Assembly: GCA_029939595.1 (NCBI GenBank)
Contig: JAOZSQ010000002.1
Span: 2,761 to 66,760 of the forward strand
Direction of reading: 5' to 3'
DNA length: 64,000 bases
DNA from: Thermoplasmatota archaeon
Lineage (GTDB): Archaea > Thermoplasmatota > E2 > DHVEG-1
Shown: piece after piece, positions 58,639 through 64,000 of the stretch
Numbering within the stretch: the first letter of the stretch is position 1
How the letters are laid out: the number at the start of each line of letters is the position of its first letter
Made by a program: the position numbers and the translations under genes
Notes under the pieces: model-generated
What the model saw: only the letters and a program-made list of their open reading frames with translations
Told to the model about the DNA's origin: nothing
The model's database searches: none

Positions 58639-59490
58639 TTACTTAGATGAAATATTCATGGTTTTTACCATGTTTTCAAGTGCACATGCAATAGTTACAG
58701 GTCCTACCCCACCTGGAACCGGAGTAATATATGAACATATTTCTTTAACCTTTTCAAGATCAACGTCTCCGGTTATTCCAGTATCTGTTTTAACAATAGA
58801 AACGTCAATTACTATTGCACCTTTTTTTACATGTTGATCTGTAATCAGACCGGGTATCCCTGCAGCAGTTACTATAATATCTGCTTGTTTTGTAAAAGAA
58901 ACAATATCTTTTGTAAAAACATGGCAAATTGAAACGGTGGCATTGCGCTGTAAAAATAATGCAGTTAATGGTTTCCCAACAATTGTGCTATGATTGATTA
59001 TTACTACATGTTTTCCCTTGACATTATAATGAATATCTTCAAGGATTTTAATAACTGCAAGAGGTGTACAGGGAACAAGATATTCATCACCCATCAATGT
59101 TTTTCCCATATTATATGGAGTTAACCCTTCTACATCTTTACATGGATTTAATGTTTCAAAGACCTTAGTTTTTGAAATATGATCTGGCAAGGGTAGTTGA
59201 ATTAGAATGCCTTGGATGGTCTTTTTTTGATTTTTTTCTTTTATAATATCAAGAAATTCTTTTTCTGTAATTTTAGAAGATATGTTGATTTGTTCTGTAT
59301 CAATGCCAACAAGATCACATGCTTTCTTCCTTAGATTCATATACATTTTAGATGGTTTATCGTCACCTACCATAATAGTACAGATTTTTGGTGAAATACC
59401 TGTTGTATCTGAAAATATCTTGACATCTTCAACAACTGATTTTTTAATCCTTCCCGCGATTTCTTTTCCATATATAATTTCAGCAGTCAT
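58639..59490 (-). CDS. folD: Methylenetetrahydrofolate dehydrogenase/cyclohydrolase
   Basis: GILIQLPLP, KDVEG, PCTP, S.IVGKP, TPVPGGVGPVT; start ATG 59490. Confidence 0.96.
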   Translation of the reverse strand: MTAEIIYGKEIAGRIKKSVVEDVKIFSDTTGISPKICTIMVGDDKPSKMYMNLRKKACDLVGIDTEQINISSKITEKEFLDIIKEKNQKKTIQGILIQLPLPDHISKTKVFETLNPCKDVEGLTPYNMGKTLMGDEYLVPCTPLAVIKILEDIHYNVKGKHVVIINHSTIVGKPLTALFLQRNATVSICHVFTKDIVSFTKQADIIVTAAGIPGLITDQHVKKGAIVIDVSIVKTDTGITGDVDLEKVKEICSYITPVPGGVGPVTIACALENMVKTMNISSK

Positions 59491-59524
59491 CTTACTTTCA
59501 CACCATTTATTTTTTTTGTAAGAA

Positions 59525-60331
59525 TTATCTAATTTTTTTTCCAATTGCATAAAATTGAGGGAAAAAATTTAGCTGTATTCCCATATCAAGAGATTTTAAA
59601 TAATGATATTCCCAATCGTCAATGTCTTTTTGGTTTAAACCAGCATTTTGCAATGCCCTAATATAAAAATCACGTGCATGTTGATAATATGCTTTATCTT
59701 CTTCACAGCTCCAAATACGATTATTTCCAATGCCTATCTCAGTTTTTAATCCAGCTTTTACAAAAAGAAAACGAAGTTTTCTACCAATATGTGGGTCTCC
59801 CCCTTTATCGATGATTGCTTGTCCTGCAAAAATTGGATCTACCTTTTGATTTTCTGGATAATGAAGTTTTCCACCATAATCTGGTTCGAGACTAGCAAGG
59901 ACCATTCCATTTTTTTTTGTGACTCTTGCCATTTCATTAACGACTTTTTGAGGTTGTTGTGCCCACATAAGTAGAAGATTACAGATTGTAATGTCAAAAC
60001 AGTTATCTTTGAATGGAAGTTTATCTGCAGATCCTACTTTAAGATTAACATTTTTATAATCGATTAAAACATGTTTTGCAACATCAATCATGTCTTTTGA
60101 TGCATCAATACCAGTTACGGTTCCTGGAGTTAAATTTGCGATATCTCGAGTGACAATACCAGATCCGCAACCTGCATCAAGAATCATGTTTGCATCTTTT
60201 ACACCAACTTTAAGATATAATGGAATACGCTCTTCTGCAGTTTCAATGGCTTGTAAATGAAGTTTTTGAACAAACTCTTGAAATTCATTATTTGAATCTT
60301 TCTTAAATCTTGATGGTTTTGATTGATTCAT
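59525..60331 (-). CDS. Class I SAM-dependent methyltransferase
   Basis: ILDAGCGSG, GID.S, LPF.DNCFD, EMARV. Confidence 0.92.
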   Translation of the reverse strand: MNQSKPSRFKKDSNNEFQEFVQKLHLQAIETAEERIPLYLKVGVKDANMILDAGCGSGIVTRDIANLTPGTVTGIDASKDMIDVAKHVLIDYKNVNLKVGSADKLPFKDNCFDITICNLLLMWAQQPQKVVNEMARVTKKNGMVLASLEPDYGGKLHYPENQKVDPIFAGQAIIDKGGDPHIGRKLRFLFVKAGLKTEIGIGNNRIWSCEEDKAYYQHARDFYIRALQNAGLNQKDIDDWEYHYLKSLDMGIQLNFFPQFYAIGKKIR

Positions 60332-60427
60332 AGTGGCACAAATGAACAGATGAAAAGATTCTTGTTCACATAAAGGTTTGTATCATCCTTACTGTTTAAA
60401 TATTTGAATATAGATGCAATAGTTCAT

Positions 60428-61720
60428 ATGGAAATTATATTGCAAATAGCACTTGATCTTCTAAATGGTAATCGTGCGATTCGAATAGCTAAGGATGCAT
60501 TATCAGGGGGACCTGTATGGATTGAAGCAGGTACTCCATTGATTAAAAGTGAGGGAATGGAGATCATTCGTAAACTCCGGGAAGAATTTTCGGATACAGA
60601 GATCATTGCAGATTTAAAGACTATGGATACTGGATCTATTGAAACGGAGATGGCAGCAAAGGCCGGAGCATCAGTTGTCTGTATACTTGGTGTTTCTCAT
60701 GATGAAACTATCAAAGAAGCCGTGGAATCTGCAAAGAAATATGGAACAAAGATAATGGTTGATCTAATAGGAGTAAAAAATCCAATAGATCGAGCAAAAG
60801 AAATTGAATCATTTGGTGTTGATTTTATTTGTGTTCATATAGGAATAGACGAACAAATGAAGGGCATTACTCCATTACAGATAGTTAGAAATCTAGCAAA
60901 AGAAACATCTATTCCTGTTGCGGTTGCAGGCGGGATTAACTCTGAAAATGCTGCTGATATGATCAAGGCAGGAGCACATATCATTATTGTTGGTGGAGCA
61001 TTAACAAAAGCAAAGGATATCAAAAAAGCCACACAAGAAATGTTTCAAGCAATTCAAGAAAAAAAGAATATTCCAACTAGGTTGTTTAAAAAATATGATA
61101 ATTCATCATTGATACAAGCGTTTTCAATGGTGTCAACATCAAATATCTCAGATGCGATGCATAAAAAGGGTGCTATGAAAGATATTCATCCTGTAAAACG
61201 CGGATATCATATGGTAGGACAGGCATTAACTGTACTAACATTAGATGGGGATTGGGCAAAACCTGTTGAAGCAATTGATAAAGCAAAAAAAGGAAACATT
61301 CTAGTGATTGATGCATCCAGTGGACATACTGCTGTATGGGGTGAGCTTGCAACAAGGAGTGCAAAACAGAAGGGTTTATCGGGGGTTGTTATTGATGGAT
61401 CCGTTAGAGATATTGATGACTTATTAAAATTGGATTTACCTATTTATTCAAGATATCAAGTTCCAAATGCAGGAGAACCAAAAGGATTTGGTGAGATTGG
61501 TGCGGAAATCAAATGTGGAAATCAAGTAGTACAAACAGGAGATTGGATTGTAGGAGATGATTCAGGTGTTGTTGTAATTCCAAAAAATCAAGCTCAGGAA
61601 ATTGCAAACCGATCTCTTGATGTAAAAGAACATGAGAATCGTATTAGAGAAGAAATTAAGCAAGGTATGTCTCTAGGTTCTGTAATAAATCTAAAAAAAT
61701 GGGAGAAAAAAATTGGATGA
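60428..61720 (+). CDS. hxlA: Bifunctional 3-hexulose-6-phosphate synthase / RraA-like domain fusion
   Basis: LQIALD, IEAGTPLIKSEG, ADLKTMDTG, H.GIDEQ, AVAGGI; RraA half SNISDA, AVWGEL, IDGSVRD, GDDSGVVVIP. Confidence 0.92.
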   Translation: MEIILQIALDLLNGNRAIRIAKDALSGGPVWIEAGTPLIKSEGMEIIRKLREEFSDTEIIADLKTMDTGSIETEMAAKAGASVVCILGVSHDETIKEAVESAKKYGTKIMVDLIGVKNPIDRAKEIESFGVDFICVHIGIDEQMKGITPLQIVRNLAKETSIPVAVAGGINSENAADMIKAGAHIIIVGGALTKAKDIKKATQEMFQAIQEKKNIPTRLFKKYDNSSLIQAFSMVSTSNISDAMHKKGAMKDIHPVKRGYHMVGQALTVLTLDGDWAKPVEAIDKAKKGNILVIDASSGHTAVWGELATRSAKQKGLSGVVIDGSVRDIDDLLKLDLPIYSRYQVPNAGEPKGFGEIGAEIKCGNQVVQTGDWIVGDDSGVVVIPKNQAQEIANRSLDVKEHENRIREEIKQGMSLGSVINLKKWEKKIG

Positions 61721-62703
61721 ACAAAGTAGTTTTTTTCAAAGATATAGAAAAACTTTCAGAGGCATTAAGTACTTTTGATATATCTAGGTTTAAGGATGAG
61801 TCTGTTCTTGTGAAACTTCATATGGGCGAGGTAAAAAACAAGTTTTTTATTCGGCCCAGTTTTGTAAGAGAAGTAGTTCAAGAATTATTACATGTTGGTG
61901 CTTCACCATTTTTGTATGATACCACGGTTCTATATAATAGCCCTAGGAAATTAGTTTCTGGATACAAAAAGGTTGCATCTTTACATGGTTTCAATAAAAG
62001 AAAGATTGGTTGCCCTGTTGAAATTGATGATGAAGGAATAGATGTTGAAATTGAGGGTAATAATTTTGAGGTAGGGAAAACCTTGCATTATCAATCTCAT
62101 ATTATCTGTCTTTCTCATGTGAAAGGTCATATTGCAACAGGCATGGGTGGAGCGATAAAAAATTTTGGAATGGGTGGAGTAACACGTAACACAAAAAAAA
62201 TGATACATGATGGATCAAAACCAGTATTTAAAAAAGAAGCTTGTAAATATTGTGGGGTTTGTGCTGAGGTTTGTCCGTTTAATGCCATAAAGGTTGAAAA
62301 TGATTCCTGGAAGGTAATTCCACGTTCTTGCTTTGGATGTGGTGTCTGTGTTGAAAACTGTCCACATGATGCTCTTTCATTTGTAAAGGATAATCTCCAA
62401 TATCTTCTTGCATGTTCTACCAAAGCATGTGTGGAAAAGAAACATGTTCTCTATATCAATGATATCAATCGTATTGCAGATAGCTGTGATTGTGATTCAT
62501 TTGCAAAAAACACTCTTTGTGAAGATATTGGGTACTGTGTTTCATTGGATCCTGTTGCGGTGGATCATGCATCATTAAAATTAATTGATGAAGTAAAAAA
62601 AGATGTGTTTCAGAAAACGCATCATGTAGATCCATATAAGCAAATACGATTTGGTGAACAGATTGGGCTTGGTTCAACGGAATACGAGCTCATAAAGCTT
62701 TAA
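61717..62703 (+). CDS. DUF362 protein with 2x[4Fe-4S] ferredoxin domain
   Basis: VKLHMGE, SHVKGH...GGAIKN.GMG, two CxxCxxCxxxCP, CDC, DPVAVD; ATGA-coupled to hps. Confidence 0.92.
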   Translation: MNKVVFFKDIEKLSEALSTFDISRFKDESVLVKLHMGEVKNKFFIRPSFVREVVQELLHVGASPFLYDTTVLYNSPRKLVSGYKKVASLHGFNKRKIGCPVEIDDEGIDVEIEGNNFEVGKTLHYQSHIICLSHVKGHIATGMGGAIKNFGMGGVTRNTKKMIHDGSKPVFKKEACKYCGVCAEVCPFNAIKVENDSWKVIPRSCFGCGVCVENCPHDALSFVKDNLQYLLACSTKACVEKKHVLYINDINRIADSCDCDSFAKNTLCEDIGYCVSLDPVAVDHASLKLIDEVKKDVFQKTHHVDPYKQIRFGEQIGLGSTEYELIKL

Positions 62704-62714
62704 TAACACTGTTT

Positions 62715-63245
62715 TTAAAGGAATTCAACATGGCCATCGTCAAGATGATACATGGCAGAGATGAGCTTTAAAGATCCATTTGCTATTGCATCTTGAATTG
62801 ATTTACTTCTTTTTGGAAGTAAAGTATGCTGACGAGTTAGATTTGCATTAACATGATTGCTTTCATCAAGGCAAAAACTATCCTGTATTTCTTTTAATAA
62901 TAAGCTTTCTGAACCCTGTGTTTCTTCTGCTGCTTTCACTGCTCCACAATGTGTATGACCTAGGATTATTAGATGAGAGATATTGAGATGATTTACTGCA
63001 TATTCAAGACTAGCAATTACTGTTTCATCAATTGAAATGTTTCCTGCGATTCTAACAACAAAAAGATCTCCAACAGATGAATTAAAAATAAGCTCGGGTA
63101 TGACCCGAGAATCCGCACAAGTAAGAACGGCAATCTTAGGTGATTGCCCTTCTACATGTTGTGCAAAGATATCTTTGTATTCTTGTTGATATTGTTTGTT
63201 TTTCTCTTGCAACTGTTCAATGAGTTCATCGGTTTGAGTTTGCAT
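62715..63245 (-). CDS. Beta-class carbonic anhydrase
   Basis: CADSR, GDLFVVRIAGN, SLEYAV, GHTHCGAV. Confidence 0.95.
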   Translation of the reverse strand: MQTQTDELIEQLQEKNKQYQQEYKDIFAQHVEGQSPKIAVLTCADSRVIPELIFNSSVGDLFVVRIAGNISIDETVIASLEYAVNHLNISHLIILGHTHCGAVKAAEETQGSESLLLKEIQDSFCLDESNHVNANLTRQHTLLPKRSKSIQDAIANGSLKLISAMYHLDDGHVEFL

Positions 63246-63268
63246 ATTTATTTGCCTTTCATTTTTGT

Positions 63269-64000
63269 TTAGTTGTTGATTTTTGGTTTATATATAAAAC
63301 CAATAAATGCTGCGATGAAACACATTAATGCTGCAGGAATAAATGCATAAGAGAAACTTAATCCCGCATCTTGAATGATTCCTGCTAGAAGTGTGGGTCC
63401 AACAATTCCACCAATGGCATATGATGTGAAAACAAAACCATAATTCAAACCAACATTCTCTGCACCAAATGAATCCGCAGTTGCTGCTGGAAATAATGCA
63501 AAGTTTCCACCAAAGTTAAACCCAATTAATGCTGCTGCAATATAGAAAAATATTGGATTTCCAGTTGTAAAAAAGAAAACTGCCATCATGATACCTTGGA
63601 AGATAAACATGGCTATCAATGCATTTTTCCTTCCGATATTATCTGAAATCTTACCCCATACAATTCTTCCAAGTCCATTGAAAATTGGAAGGCATACTGC
63701 TGCACCAATAACTGCAAAATCTAATGCTTCTTGTGCTGTAAAGCCATATCTTTGAAATCCTTCTGTTGCATTATTGGCAAAGTTTGCAATGTTTCCAATA
63801 ACCATTAATCCAGCAAGAGCACCTATTAGAAACATGCCCCAAAGCATATAGAATTGCTTTGTTCTTAGCATTTCTTTTGGTAGGAGAGCTATTTCTTTTT
63901 TTGTTTTCCCAGATTTATCTTTTTTTTCAACAGGGTTCCATCCTTTAGGTTTCCATCCTTGAGGTGGATTTCTCATAACAAGAGATCCAATTACTACAAG
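63269..64000 (-). CDS. MFS transporter, oxalate/formate antiporter (OFA) family, 5' end outside the window
   Basis: EMLRT.QFY.LW, FNGLGRI.WG.ISD.IGR, FGG.FALFP, FG..N.G.NYG; frame open to the window edge. Confidence 0.88.
   Translation of the reverse strand, partial: LVVIGSLVMRNPPQGWKPKGWNPVEKKDKSGKTKKEIALLPKEMLRTKQFYMLWGMFLIGALAGLMVIGNIANFANNATEGFQRYGFTAQEALDFAVIGAAVCLPIFNGLGRIVWGKISDNIGRKNALIAMFIFQGIMMAVFFFTTGNPIFFYIAAALIGFNFGGNFALFPAATADSFGAENVGLNYGFVFTSYAIGGIVGPTLLAGIIQDAGLSFSYAFIPAALMCFIAAFIGFIYKPKINN

Noticed and set aside
48-62677. Many 60-130-aa ORFs in the track that overlap long genes (e.g. 5678-6031, 27951-28340, 53007-53405, 62127-62423)
   Set aside because: Antisense or alternate-frame shadows of confident CDSs, with no SD or recognisable motifs.

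Overview
AT-rich (about 30% GC by eye) archaeal chromosomal DNA. Archaeal markers are Lsm-rpl37e, SepF, Elp3, a PUA protein, a CCA-less tRNA-Arg and BRE/TATA promoters. The protein repertoire (five gingipain/C25-like and two papain/C1 proteases, NosD/beta-helix and PKD surface proteins, Hps-RraA fusion) points to a sediment Thermoplasmatota such as MBG-D/Thermoprofundales (inference). Left end: type IV pilus-like locus (two paralogous secretion ATPases plus a TadC/FlaJ-like protein), tRNA-Arg(UCG), pit/DUF47, sepF and RNA-related genes. About 9-52 kb: a large block of secreted proteases and surface proteins. Right end: Elp3, an ABC exporter and a C1-metabolism cluster. No transposase, integrase, CRISPR array or rRNA was seen. 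Strongest unexplained signal: a ~115-nt structured RNA-like motif in three copies (36565-36685, 36884-36998, 38815-38931). Each copy lies behind a near-identical promoter and has a long closing helix with compensatory changes, a variable ~40-nt arm, a conserved U/C tract and an anti-SD segment. Two copies are leaders of paralogous Asp-box surface proteins and one is free-standing. Other leads: a candidate sRNA at ~7089, a shared C-terminal Lys-plus-amphipathic-helix tail beside many C25 enzymes, and an unannotated small gene coupled to a nucleotidyltransferase-like gene.
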